Below, in pieces: positions 1 through 8,196 of a stretch of DNA of 64,000 nt. The DNA comes from Anaerolineae bacterium (GTDB lineage Bacteria > Chloroflexota > Anaerolineae > S140-20), in assembly GCA_027021705.1 (NCBI GenBank), contig JALUTT010000145.1, positions 827-64,826 on the forward strand, given 5' to 3'. Every line of letters starts with the position of its first letter. Positions within the stretch are counted from its first letter, which is position 1. A program made the translations under genes and the position numbers. Under the pieces are notes generated by a model. The model ran no database searches and was not told the origin of the DNA. It saw only the letters and a list, made by a program, of their open reading frames with translations.

Positions 1-1
1 C

Positions 2-253
2 AAGGTCTGGGCGCGGGAGCTGGGCCGGTACAACATCCGCGTCAACGCCGTGGCCCCCGGCTTCACCCTCACCGCGATGGTCCGCCAGATGCCGGAGAAG
101 GTCCTGGAGCGGATGCGTGCCCGTATCCCCCTGGGCCGGCTGGCCGATCCCCGCGACATCGCCAACGCCTACCTCTTTCTCGCTTCCGACGAAGCCGCCT
201 ACATCAGCGGCGCGGTCCTGCGGGTGGACGGGGGGATTGTGGTGGGGACGTGA
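2..253 (+). CDS. Short-chain dehydrogenase/reductase, classical SDR, C-terminal fragment (N-terminus lies upstream of the window)
   Basis: Open frame from position 2, reading KVWARELGRYNIRVNAVAPGF...ISGAVLRVDGG, the typical classical SDR C-terminus (FabG-like). Stop TGA at 251-253. Confidence 0.8.
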   Translation, partial: KVWARELGRYNIRVNAVAPGFTLTAMVRQMPEKVLERMRARIPLGRLADPRDIANAYLFLASDEAAYISGAVLRVDGGIVVGT

Positions 254-334
254 GACGTGAGACGTGAGACGTGAAACGTGAGACGTGAGACGTGAGACGT
301 GAAACGTGAAACGTGAGACGTGATGCGTGATACG
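247..334. repeat. Tandem heptanucleotide array (GACGTGA/AACGTGA), about 12 copies; the first unit contains the SDR stop codon
   Basis: Direct read: gacgtga gacgtga gacgtga aacgtga ... tgcgtga tacg. Period is exactly 7. Confidence 0.95.
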
Positions 335-384
335 TCCTGCATCTTGCCTCCTGCCCCCTGTATCTTTGCACAAGTGAGAGAACA

Positions 385-1911
385 ATGATTGTTGGAGACT
401 GGATCGGGCGGCGGGCGCAACTGACGCCGAACAAAGTCGCGTTGGTAGATACCCTCAATTCCGACCGGCGGATCACCTACTGGGAGTGGAGCCAGGCTGT
501 CAACCGGACCGCGCGGTTCCTCCAGGAGCGGCTGGGGGTGCGCAAGGGGGACCGGGTGGCGATCCTGGCCCACAACAGCGTCGAGTACCTGGATCTCTGG
601 TTTGCGCTGGGACGGATCGGCGGGGTGATGCAGACGCTGAACTGGCGGCTGACCCCCCACGAACTGGCGGGGCTGCTGCGGGATGGGGAGCCTGTGGCCC
701 TGGTCTACGGGGAGGAGTTCGCCGAGACGGTGGACCGGCTGCGGGACCGGGTGCCGGGCGTGCCCCGCTACGTGTCGCTGGGGGAGCCGGCTGCCCCGGA
801 CGATCTCCCCTTCGCCGGGCGGGAGGGCTTCTCCGACGCACCGCTGCCGGAGGTGGAGCTGACCTGGGACGACCCCTGGGCCATCTGCTACACCGGCGGC
901 ACGACCGGCCTCCCCAAGGGCGCGGTGCTCACCCACCGGGCCATCACCGCCAACGCCGTCAACACCGTCATCTCCTGGGGGCTCACGCCGGACGACGTGG
1001 CCATCCTCAACGCTCCCCTCTTCCACACCGGCGGCCTCAACGTCTTCACCGCGCCGTTGGTCTACGTCGGCGGCACCAGCATCGTCTGCAAGGGCTTCGA
1101 TCCAGACCAGGTGTTCGACCTGATCCGGGACGCCGGGGTGACGCTCTTCTTCGGCGTGCCGACGATGTTCATTATGCTGCAGCAGCACCCCCGCTGGGAG
1201 GAGGCCGACTTCTCCCGCCTGAAGATCGTTATCAGCGGCGGCGCGCCCTGCCCGATGCCGGTCTTCGAGCGGTTCTGGAAGCGGGGGGTGGACTTCAAGA
1301 CCGGTTACGGGCTCACCGAGGCGGGGCCTAACACCTTCTGGCTCCCGCCGGAGGACGTGCGGCGCAAGCCCGGCTCGGTGGGGTTCCCCCTCTTCCACAT
1401 TGACGTGCGGGTGGTGCGGGAGGATGGGAGCGCCTGCGACCCCGGCGAGGTGGGGGAGCTGATCATCCGTGGCCCCCACGTCTGCGCCGGGTACTGGCGC
1501 AACCCCGAGGCCACCGCCCAGGCGATCCGCGACGGCTGGCTGCACACCGGCGACCTGGCCCGCTACGACGAGGAAGGGTACTACTACATCGTCGGCCGGC
1601 TGAAGGATATGATCATCTCCGGCGGGGAGAACGTCTACCCGGCCGAGGTGGAGAGCGTGATGCACGCCCACCCTGCCGTGGCCGAGGCGGCCCTCATCGG
1701 CGTGCCCCACCCCAAGTGGGGGGAGGTGGGCCGGGCCGTCGTCGTCCTCCGACCCGGCGCTCACCTCACCGAGGAGGCGCTGATCGCCTTCTGCCGGGAG
1801 CGGCTGGCCGGCTTCAAGGTGCCCAAGTCGGTCGTCTTCGTGGACGCGCTGCCCAAGACCGGTGCGAACAAGGTGGACAAGGAGCGGTTGAGGGAGTTGT
1901 ATGGCGCGTGA
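385..1911 (+). CDS. AMP-dependent acyl-CoA synthetase/ligase (fatty-acid or organic-acid CoA ligase), paralogue 1
   Basis: 508 aa. AMP-binding motif YTGGTTGLPKG. C-terminal GDL...YYYIVGRLKDMIISGGENVYPAEVE motif of adenylate-forming enzymes. Confidence 0.9.
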   Translation: MIVGDWIGRRAQLTPNKVALVDTLNSDRRITYWEWSQAVNRTARFLQERLGVRKGDRVAILAHNSVEYLDLWFALGRIGGVMQTLNWRLTPHELAGLLRDGEPVALVYGEEFAETVDRLRDRVPGVPRYVSLGEPAAPDDLPFAGREGFSDAPLPEVELTWDDPWAICYTGGTTGLPKGAVLTHRAITANAVNTVISWGLTPDDVAILNAPLFHTGGLNVFTAPLVYVGGTSIVCKGFDPDQVFDLIRDAGVTLFFGVPTMFIMLQQHPRWEEADFSRLKIVISGGAPCPMPVFERFWKRGVDFKTGYGLTEAGPNTFWLPPEDVRRKPGSVGFPLFHIDVRVVREDGSACDPGEVGELIIRGPHVCAGYWRNPEATAQAIRDGWLHTGDLARYDEEGYYYIVGRLKDMIISGGENVYPAEVESVMHAHPAVAEAALIGVPHPKWGEVGRAVVVLRPGAHLTEEALIAFCRERLAGFKVPKSVVFVDALPKTGANKVDKERLRELYGA

Positions 1912-2014
1912 TGCGTGATGCGTGATGCGTGATGCGTGATGCGTGATGCGTGATACGTGATGCGTGATACGTGATGCGTGATACGTGATGCGTGATGCGT
2001 GATGCGTGATACGT
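1906..2014. repeat. Tandem heptanucleotide array (GCGTGAT/ACGTGAT), about 15 copies; the first unit contains the ligase stop codon
   Basis: gcgtgat x6, then alternating acgtgat/gcgtgat. TGA at 1909-1911 lies in unit 1. Confidence 0.95.
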
Positions 2015-2027
2015 CAAGGGGGCGGGG

Positions 2028-2828
2028 ATGGTCGGAAGGCTGACCGTGGGCGAGATTGCGATGGCTTACGAGGTGACCGGGGAGGGCCACCCGCTGGTGC
2101 TGATCGCCGGCGTGGGGTACGGCGGCTGGTTCTGGCACCGGGTGGTGCCGGCGCTGGCGGAACAGTTCCAGGTCATCACCTTCGACAACCGGGGGGCAGG
2201 CGCCACCGACAAGCCGGACGGACCGTACACGACGCCGATGATGGCCCAGGACACGGCGGGGCTGCTGGACGGGCTGGGCGTGCGGCGTGCCTACGTGATG
2301 GGCCACTCGCTGGGCGGCTTCATCGCCCAGGAGTTGGCCCTGGCCCGGCCCGACCTGGTGGAACGGCTCATCCTGGCCTCCACCACCTACGGCGGCCCCA
2401 ACGTCATCCCCATCACCCCGGAGGCGCTGGAGGTGCTCACGAATCGGGAGGGCGACCCCGTGGAGTTGGTCAGACGGGGGATCGGGGTGGCCTGTGCGCC
2501 GGGCTTCGCCGAGCGGCACCCCGAGGTGGTGCAGGAGCTGCTCGACTACCGGCTCACCAACCCGGTGCCCCCGGCCCAGTACCAGGCCCAGGTGATGGCC
2601 GGGGCGGAGCACAACGCCGAGGAGCGCATCGGCCAGATCACCTGCCCTGTCCTCGTCCTCTTCGGCGAAGACGACAGGGTGGTTCCTCCCGGCAACGCCG
2701 ACCTCCTGGCGCAGAAGCTGCCCAACGCCCGGGTCAAAATCCTCCCCGGCGTGGGCCATATCTTCCCCATCGAGGACCCGGAGGCGACGGTAGAAGCGAT
2801 GCTGGAGTTCCTAAAACCGGAAGCGTAG
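2028..2828 (+). CDS. Alpha/beta-fold hydrolase
   Basis: 266 aa. Nucleophile elbow GHSLGG. Core alpha/beta hydrolase layout with conserved His near the C-terminus (PGVGHIFPIEDP). Confidence 0.8.
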   Translation: MVGRLTVGEIAMAYEVTGEGHPLVLIAGVGYGGWFWHRVVPALAEQFQVITFDNRGAGATDKPDGPYTTPMMAQDTAGLLDGLGVRRAYVMGHSLGGFIAQELALARPDLVERLILASTTYGGPNVIPITPEALEVLTNREGDPVELVRRGIGVACAPGFAERHPEVVQELLDYRLTNPVPPAQYQAQVMAGAEHNAEERIGQITCPVLVLFGEDDRVVPPGNADLLAQKLPNARVKILPGVGHIFPIEDPEATVEAMLEFLKPEA

Positions 2829-2904
2829 AACGTGGAATGTGAAACGTGAAGCGTGGAACGTGAAGCGTGAAACGTGAAGCGTGAAGCGTGGAACGTGAAA
2901 CGTT
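2822..2904. repeat. Tandem heptanucleotide array (RARCGTG), about 11 copies, starting on the hydrolase stop codon
   Basis: gcgtaga acgtgga atgtgaa acgtgaa gcgtgga acgtgaa ... aacgt. Confidence 0.9.
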
Positions 2905-2918
2905 ATAGGGAGTGGTAA

Positions 2919-3911
2919 ATGCGCCACGCACAAATCCTTTCCACCGGCAGCTACGTCCCCGAGCGGGTGGTGACCAACGCCGAGATGGACCGGATCCTGG
3001 GGGAGCCCACCGACGAGTGGCTGGTCGAGAACGTCGGCATTCGGGAGCGGCGGTGGATGAGCCCCGACCAGACCACCTCCGACCTGGCCGTGGAGGCCTC
3101 CCGCCGGGCGCTGGAGCGGGCGGGGATCGGACCGGAGGCGTTGGACCTGATCATCCTCTCCACCGACACTCCCGACTACCTCTCTCCCTCCACCTCCGTG
3201 GTGGTGCAGCACAAGCTGGGGGCGGTCAACGCCGGCTGCTGGGACGTCAACAGCGCCTGTGCCGGATGGGTCACCGCCCTCGACCAGGGAGCCCGCTACA
3301 TCGCCACCGAGCCCTCCCTCCGCTACGTCCTGGTCGCCGGGGCCTACGGGATGAGCCGCTTCCTCGACCTGACCGACAAGCGGACGGCCAACCTCTTTGC
3401 CGACGGGGCGGGGGCCGTGGTGCTGGGGCCGGGTGAGGAACCGGGGTTTCTGGCCAGCAACTTCCTGGCCCGGGGCGAGTTCCACGACGCCCTGGGCATC
3501 TACACCGGTGGGGCCTTCCGCCCCTGCACGCCGGAGAACTTGGAGCGGTACGGCCCGCCGCGCGTCCAGTTCGTCCGCAAGTTCCCCAAGACCTTCAACA
3601 CCGAGTACTGGCCCCGGCTGATCCGGGGGGCGCTGGACAAGGCCGGGCTGACCGTGGACGACGTGGACCTCTTCCTGTTCACCCAACTGAACCTGCGGAC
3701 CATCGAGCTGATGATGGACCTCCTCGGTCAGCCGATCTCCAAGACCCACTGGGTGATGGACAAGTGGGGCTACACCGGCTCCCCCTGCGTGGCGATGGCC
3801 CTGGATGACGCCATCGCCCAGGGCCGTGGCCCCAACCCCGGCGACGTCATCGTCTTCTGCACCAGTGGCGGCGGGATCACGATGGCGGCGTCGGTCTGGC
3901 GGTGGGTGTGA
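2919..3911 (+). CDS. FabH-like 3-oxoacyl-ACP synthase III family condensing enzyme (KAS III / OleA-like thiolase fold)
   Basis: 330 aa. N-terminus ILSTGSYVPERVVTNAEMDRIL. Active-site Cys context NSACAGWVTAL. C-terminal GDVIVFCTSGGGITMAA. Ribosome-binding site GGGAG upstream. Confidence 0.88.
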   Translation: MRHAQILSTGSYVPERVVTNAEMDRILGEPTDEWLVENVGIRERRWMSPDQTTSDLAVEASRRALERAGIGPEALDLIILSTDTPDYLSPSTSVVVQHKLGAVNAGCWDVNSACAGWVTALDQGARYIATEPSLRYVLVAGAYGMSRFLDLTDKRTANLFADGAGAVVLGPGEEPGFLASNFLARGEFHDALGIYTGGAFRPCTPENLERYGPPRVQFVRKFPKTFNTEYWPRLIRGALDKAGLTVDDVDLFLFTQLNLRTIELMMDLLGQPISKTHWVMDKWGYTGSPCVAMALDDAIAQGRGPNPGDVIVFCTSGGGITMAASVWRWV

Positions 3912-3960
3912 CGGAGGACGCAGGGCGCAAGATGCAAGATGCAGGGAGCAAGAGGCAATG
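3908..3960. repeat. Degenerate tandem heptamer array (GCARGRN) spanning the KAS III stop and the next start codon
   Basis: tgacgga ggacgca gggcgca agatgca agatgca gggagca agaggca ATG. Confidence 0.7.
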
Positions 3961-5502
3961 TACGTAGGCGACTATCTCGGCCGGCGGGCGATCTACAGCC
4001 CCGATAGGCTTGCGATCGTGGACGCGGGGAAGGAGCCGGAGTGGCGGCTGACCTACCGGCAGATGAACGAGCGGGCCAATCGGTTCGCCAACTGGCTGCG
4101 GGGCGTGGCAGGCATCGGGAAGGGGGACCGGGTGGCGATCCTGGCCCGCGACGGCGTGGAGCACCTGGACTGCTTCTTCGCCTGCTCCAAGCTGGGGGCC
4201 ATCCACACCGCCCTCAACTGGCGGCTCCACTGGCGGGAGCTGGCGGAGATCGTTCGGAAGACCACCCCCACCGTCCTCATCTACTCCGACGACTTCAGAG
4301 AGAAGGTGGCCCGGCTACACAACGCCACGCGGAACACGGAACACGCCATACGCCATTACCTCCACGTCGAAGGCGAGGGCATCGAGGGCAGCCTCCCCTT
4401 CGAGACCACCCTTCAGGGGAGCCCCGCCGATCCGGTCACCTGTGAGACGGTCGAGGCCGAGGAGATCGTCGCCCTCATCTTCACCGGCGGCACCACCGGC
4501 TTCCCCAAGGCGGCCCAGGTCTCCCACCGGATGATCGCCTGGAACACGCTGAACACCGTCATCCACGACCTGACCCACGACGACATCTACCTCAACGTCT
4601 TCCCTCTGTTCCACACCGGCGGCCTCTTCGTCTACACCCTGCCCCAGGTCATCCTGGGCGGGACCACCATCCTGATCCGCCAGTTCGACCCGGAGCGGGT
4701 GCTGAGGCTCATCGAGCAGGAGCGGGTCACCGTCTTCGCCGGCGTGCCGACGATGTACCAGATGCTCACCCAGGCGGCGAACTGGGAGGAAGCCGATCTC
4801 TCGTCGCTCCGCTTCTGCACCAGCGGCGGCGCTCCCCTGCCGGTTCCCCTGGTGGAGCAGTACACCCGCGAGAAGGGGGTGCGCTTCAAGCAGGGCTTCG
4901 GGATGACCGAGTTCGGTCCGGGCATCTTCGCCCTGGCCCCCGAGGACGCGGTCCGCAAGGCCGGTTCCATCGGTCGCCCCAACTTCTACGTGGACGCGCG
5001 GGTGGTGGACGACGACAACAACCCGCTGGGCTCCAACCAGGTGGGGGAGCTGGTGCTCAAGGGGCCTTCCCTCTGCTCCGGCTACTTCGGCGATCCCCAG
5101 GCCACCGCCGGGATGCTGGACGAAGCGGGGTGGTTCCACACCGGTGACCTGGCCCGCTACGATGAGGAGTGGTACTTCTACATCGTGGACCGCAAGAAGG
5201 ATATGTTCATCTCCGGCGGGGAGAACGTCTACCCGGTGGAGATCGAAAAGGCCCTGTACGAGCATCCCGCCGTCCACATGTGCGCCGTCATCGGCGTGCC
5301 CGACCCCAAGTGGGGGGAGGTGGGGCTTGCCTGCGTGGTCCTCAAGCCGGGGGCCACTGCCACCGAGGAGGAACTGATCGCTTTCCTGCGGGACCGGCTG
5401 GCCCGCTACAAGGTGCCCAAGCGGGTGGTGTTTATGGACCGCCTCCCCATCTCCGGCGCGGGCAAGATCCTGAAGCGGGAACTGCGGGAGTGGTTCGCGT
5501 AA
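3958..5502 (+). CDS. AMP-dependent acyl-CoA synthetase/ligase, paralogue 2
   Basis: The track ORF starts at 3805, overlapping the upstream gene. The start was trimmed to the ATG at 3958 (MYVGDYLGRRAIYSPDRLAIVD, parallel to the N-terminus of paralogue 1). AMP-binding motif FTGGTTGFPKA. Confidence 0.88.
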   Translation: MYVGDYLGRRAIYSPDRLAIVDAGKEPEWRLTYRQMNERANRFANWLRGVAGIGKGDRVAILARDGVEHLDCFFACSKLGAIHTALNWRLHWRELAEIVRKTTPTVLIYSDDFREKVARLHNATRNTEHAIRHYLHVEGEGIEGSLPFETTLQGSPADPVTCETVEAEEIVALIFTGGTTGFPKAAQVSHRMIAWNTLNTVIHDLTHDDIYLNVFPLFHTGGLFVYTLPQVILGGTTILIRQFDPERVLRLIEQERVTVFAGVPTMYQMLTQAANWEEADLSSLRFCTSGGAPLPVPLVEQYTREKGVRFKQGFGMTEFGPGIFALAPEDAVRKAGSIGRPNFYVDARVVDDDNNPLGSNQVGELVLKGPSLCSGYFGDPQATAGMLDEAGWFHTGDLARYDEEWYFYIVDRKKDMFISGGENVYPVEIEKALYEHPAVHMCAVIGVPDPKWGEVGLACVVLKPGATATEEELIAFLRDRLARYKVPKRVVFMDRLPISGAGKILKRELREWFA

Positions 5503-5549
5503 CGGAATACGCAACACGCAATACGTGAAACGTCAAACGTCAAGCGTCT
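5496..5549. repeat. Degenerate tandem heptamer array after the ligase stop
   Basis: gcgtaac ggaatac gcaacac gcaatac gtgaaac gtcaaac gtcaagc gtc. Confidence 0.75.
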
Positions 5550-5568
5550 GGCATTCGGAGGTGACCTT

Positions 5569-6627
5569 ATGGGCGACATACCTACCCTAGAGGGTGTGAC
5601 CTCGCAGATGGTGCAGACCGCCCGGCTCAAGATGCACGTCCTCACCGCCGGGCCGGAGGAGGGCACGCCGGTGCTCTTCATCCACGGCAACGGCTCCTCC
5701 TCGACTTTCTGGGAGGAGACGATGCTGGCGCTGCCGGAGGGGTTCCGAGGCATCGCCCCCGATATGCGGGGCTACGGCGACACCGAGCCCCTGCCGGTGG
5801 ACGCCACCCTGGGCCTGGGCGACATGGTGGAGGACGTCCGCTCGCTGGTGGAAGCGATGGGGCTGGGCAAGTTCCACATCGTCGGCCACTCGATGGGCGG
5901 GGGGGTCGTGATGAAGTACGCCATCGCCTACCCGGACGATCTCCTCTCCATCACCCTGGTGGACACTATGTCTCCCTACGGCTACAGCGGGAGCAAGGAC
6001 GTGGATGGAACCCCCTGCCACGAGGACGGGGCGCCGGCCGGGGCCGCCGGCGTTAACCCCGACTTTGTCAAGCTGATGGCGGCCGGGGAGCGGGACACCG
6101 AGAACCCTATGGCCCCCCGCAACGTGATGCGCCAGTTCTACTTCAAGCCGCCCTTTATCCCCGAGCGGGAGGAGGACCTGCTCAGCTCTATGCTCTCGAC
6201 CCGGGTGGGGGAGGACTGGTATCCGGGCGACTCGGTTCCCTCGGAGCACTGGCCGGGGGCCGCACCGGGGAAGCGGGGGGTGATCAACGCCATCAGCCGC
6301 AAGTACTTCGACGCCAGCGGCATCGTGGAGATCGAGCCCAAGCCGCCTGTGCTGTGGATTCGGGGGGCGGACGACCTGGTGGTCTCCAACAACGCGATGT
6401 GGGACATCGCTGCCCTGGGGGCGATGGGCTTCGTTCCCGGCTGGCCCGGCCCCGACGACTGCCCGCCCCAGCCGATGCTGGACCAGACGCGGGCTGTGCT
6501 GGAGCGGTACCAGGCCAGGGGCGGCTCCTACGAGGAGGTCGTCATCGCCGACGCCGGCCACTGCCCCTTCATCGAGAAGCCCGGCGAGTTCAACGCGGCC
6601 TTCCACGCCTTTCTGCGAGGGGCGTGA
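5569..6627 (+). CDS. Alpha/beta-fold hydrolase (haloalkane-dehalogenase-like subfamily motif HGNGSSSTFW)
   Basis: 352 aa. Nucleophile elbow GHSMGGG. N-terminal LFIHGNGSSSTFWEE resembles the HGNPTSSYLW motif of dehalogenase/OleB-type hydrolases. Ribosome-binding site GGAGG upstream. Confidence 0.8.
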   Translation: MGDIPTLEGVTSQMVQTARLKMHVLTAGPEEGTPVLFIHGNGSSSTFWEETMLALPEGFRGIAPDMRGYGDTEPLPVDATLGLGDMVEDVRSLVEAMGLGKFHIVGHSMGGGVVMKYAIAYPDDLLSITLVDTMSPYGYSGSKDVDGTPCHEDGAPAGAAGVNPDFVKLMAAGERDTENPMAPRNVMRQFYFKPPFIPEREEDLLSSMLSTRVGEDWYPGDSVPSEHWPGAAPGKRGVINAISRKYFDASGIVEIEPKPPVLWIRGADDLVVSNNAMWDIAALGAMGFVPGWPGPDDCPPQPMLDQTRAVLERYQARGGSYEEVVIADAGHCPFIEKPGEFNAAFHAFLRGA

Positions 6628-6706
6628 GGCGAACCTGGAGGGCGAACCTGAAAGCCCGACAGGAACCGGACGAGGCGCTATCTGCACCGAGCAAGGAGGA
6701 GAAAAG

Positions 6707-8116
6707 ATGACGAGGAAAAGCTTCGCATGGTCGTTGGTGGCTGTGGTGGCGGTGTTGGGGCTGCTCCTGGCCGCCTGCAAGCCGTCCCCCACGCCCACCC
6801 CGCCGCCCCCCACGGAGGCCCCCACCAAGGCTCCCACCCAGCCGCCGGTGGAGAAGCCTACGGAGGAGGCGACCGAGGCCCCTGCTCAGCCGCCGACCGA
6901 GGAACCGACGGAGGTGCCCCCAGAAACGCCCACGGAGGAAGCGCCTTTCGCCGGCAAGCCCCTGAAGGTCGGCCTGCTCACCGACCAGTCGGGCCCCCTG
7001 GCCATCTACGGCCCGATGCAGGAGCGGGGCTTCCGGCTGGGGCTGGAGTACGCCACCGGTGGCACGATGGAGGTGGCCGGGCGGCCCATCGAGGTGATCG
7101 TCCGCGATAACGGCAGCGACCCGGAGAAAGCCGTCTCGGACGCCCGCGAGCTGATCGAGGCCGAGGGGGTGGAGGTCCTGGTCGGCACGGTCAGCTCCGG
7201 CGCGACGATGGCCGTCCAGCAGGTGGCGGCCGAGAACAAGACCATCCTCATCGTCGAGCCGGCCGCTGCCACCGACATCACCGGTAAGAACTTCAACCCC
7301 TACACCTTCCGCACCAGCCGCACCAACTACCAGGATGCCCTCGTGATGGGCCAGGGCCTGCTGGAGATGGGCGACACCTTCGTCCAGGTCGCCCCGGACT
7401 ACGCCTTCGGCTACGGCTCGGCCTGTGGCTTCTACGCCGTGGTCAAGGGGGGCGGAGGCACCTTCCCCATCAACGACACCCCTGAGCAGTGCGGTGCCGT
7501 CTTCATCCCCTTCGACACCACCGACTTCACCCCGTACCTCCAGCAGGTGTTGGACGCCGATGCGGATGTGCTGATCGTCACCTGGGCCGGGGCCGGCTTC
7601 GTGCCCCTCTTCCAGCAGATGCAGCAACTGGGCATCTTCGACGAGATGGTCGTCGGCACCGGCATCGGCGACAACCAGACGCTGGCCGCGGGCTACGTCA
7701 ACGCCATCGGCTCCACCGGCATCGTCGTCTACCACTACACCCTGCCCGACAACCCGGTCAACGACTGGCTGGTCCAGCGCCACATCGAGGAGTACGGCAC
7801 CCCGCCTGACCTATTCACCAGCGGGGGGATGGCCGCGGCCATCATGCTGGTCGAGGGGGTGAAGCGGACCAACGGCGACACCAGCGCCGATGCCCTCATC
7901 CAGGTCTACGAGGACGACTTCACCTTCGAGGGCCCCAACGGCACCTACATCATCCGCCCCTACGACCACGTCGCCCTGATGCCGCTCTACTACGTCCGCC
8001 TGACCAACGTCACCGACCCTGACTTCAAGTTCGTCGAGCTGATCCGCGAGTTCGCTCCCGAGGAGGCCGCGCCGCCGTGCCTCCTGGAGGGCGAGTACGC
8101 CGACCGCTGTCCATAG
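6707..8116 (+). CDS. ABC transporter substrate-binding lipoprotein, Leu/Ile/Val-binding (LivJ/LivK, PBP1) family
   Basis: Signal peptide with lipobox LLAAC. Long Pro/Thr/Glu-rich linker. Type-1 periplasmic binding-protein body. Ribosome-binding site GGAGGAG. Confidence 0.8.
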   Translation: MTRKSFAWSLVAVVAVLGLLLAACKPSPTPTPPPPTEAPTKAPTQPPVEKPTEEATEAPAQPPTEEPTEVPPETPTEEAPFAGKPLKVGLLTDQSGPLAIYGPMQERGFRLGLEYATGGTMEVAGRPIEVIVRDNGSDPEKAVSDARELIEAEGVEVLVGTVSSGATMAVQQVAAENKTILIVEPAAATDITGKNFNPYTFRTSRTNYQDALVMGQGLLEMGDTFVQVAPDYAFGYGSACGFYAVVKGGGGTFPINDTPEQCGAVFIPFDTTDFTPYLQQVLDADADVLIVTWAGAGFVPLFQQMQQLGIFDEMVVGTGIGDNQTLAAGYVNAIGSTGIVVYHYTLPDNPVNDWLVQRHIEEYGTPPDLFTSGGMAAAIMLVEGVKRTNGDTSADALIQVYEDDFTFEGPNGTYIIRPYDHVALMPLYYVRLTNVTDPDFKFVELIREFAPEEAAPPCLLEGEYADRCP

Positions 8117-8128
8117 GAGGCCCCCGGG

Positions 8129-8171
8129 GTAGGGGCGACCGGCCGGTCGCCCGTCCGCCGGTCGCCCCTAC
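8129..8171 (+). promoter_or_regulatory. Perfect 14-bp inverted repeat (stem-loop) between the substrate-binding and ATPase genes, likely an mRNA-stabilising/attenuating hairpin
   Basis: gtaggggcgaccgg ... ccggtcgcccctac with a 15-nt loop. Confidence 0.55.
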
Positions 8172-8196
8172 CCGCCGTCGCCCTGGGGGATGTGCC

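Noticed and set aside
204-476. Small ORFs translating the heptamer arrays into HVSRLTS-type peptide repeats (also 1814-2017 and 2734-2931), and 76-85-aa ORFs inside the complex MITE copies (39755-40128, 54008-54731).
   Set aside because: They are generated by the nucleotide repeats themselves, occur on both strands, and lack ribosome-binding sites. Treated as repeat artefacts.
199-1764. 521-aa ORF antisense to the acyl-CoA ligase. Similar long antisense ORFs occur at 8934-11453, 17613-19829, 27952-29304, 4315-5517, 5587-6837, 6590-7783, 11194-12483, 54955-56265, 56024-57481 and 58708-60495.
   Set aside because: Low-complexity Arg/Gly/Pro-rich translations typical of stop-codon-poor antisense frames in 68%-GC DNA. 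The opposite strands carry proteins with clear family motifs.
3805-3957. Upstream extension of the second ligase ORF (start at 3805).
   Set aside because: It overlaps the KAS III gene by about 100 nt in a low-complexity frame. The ATG at 3958 gives an N-terminus that aligns with paralogue 1.
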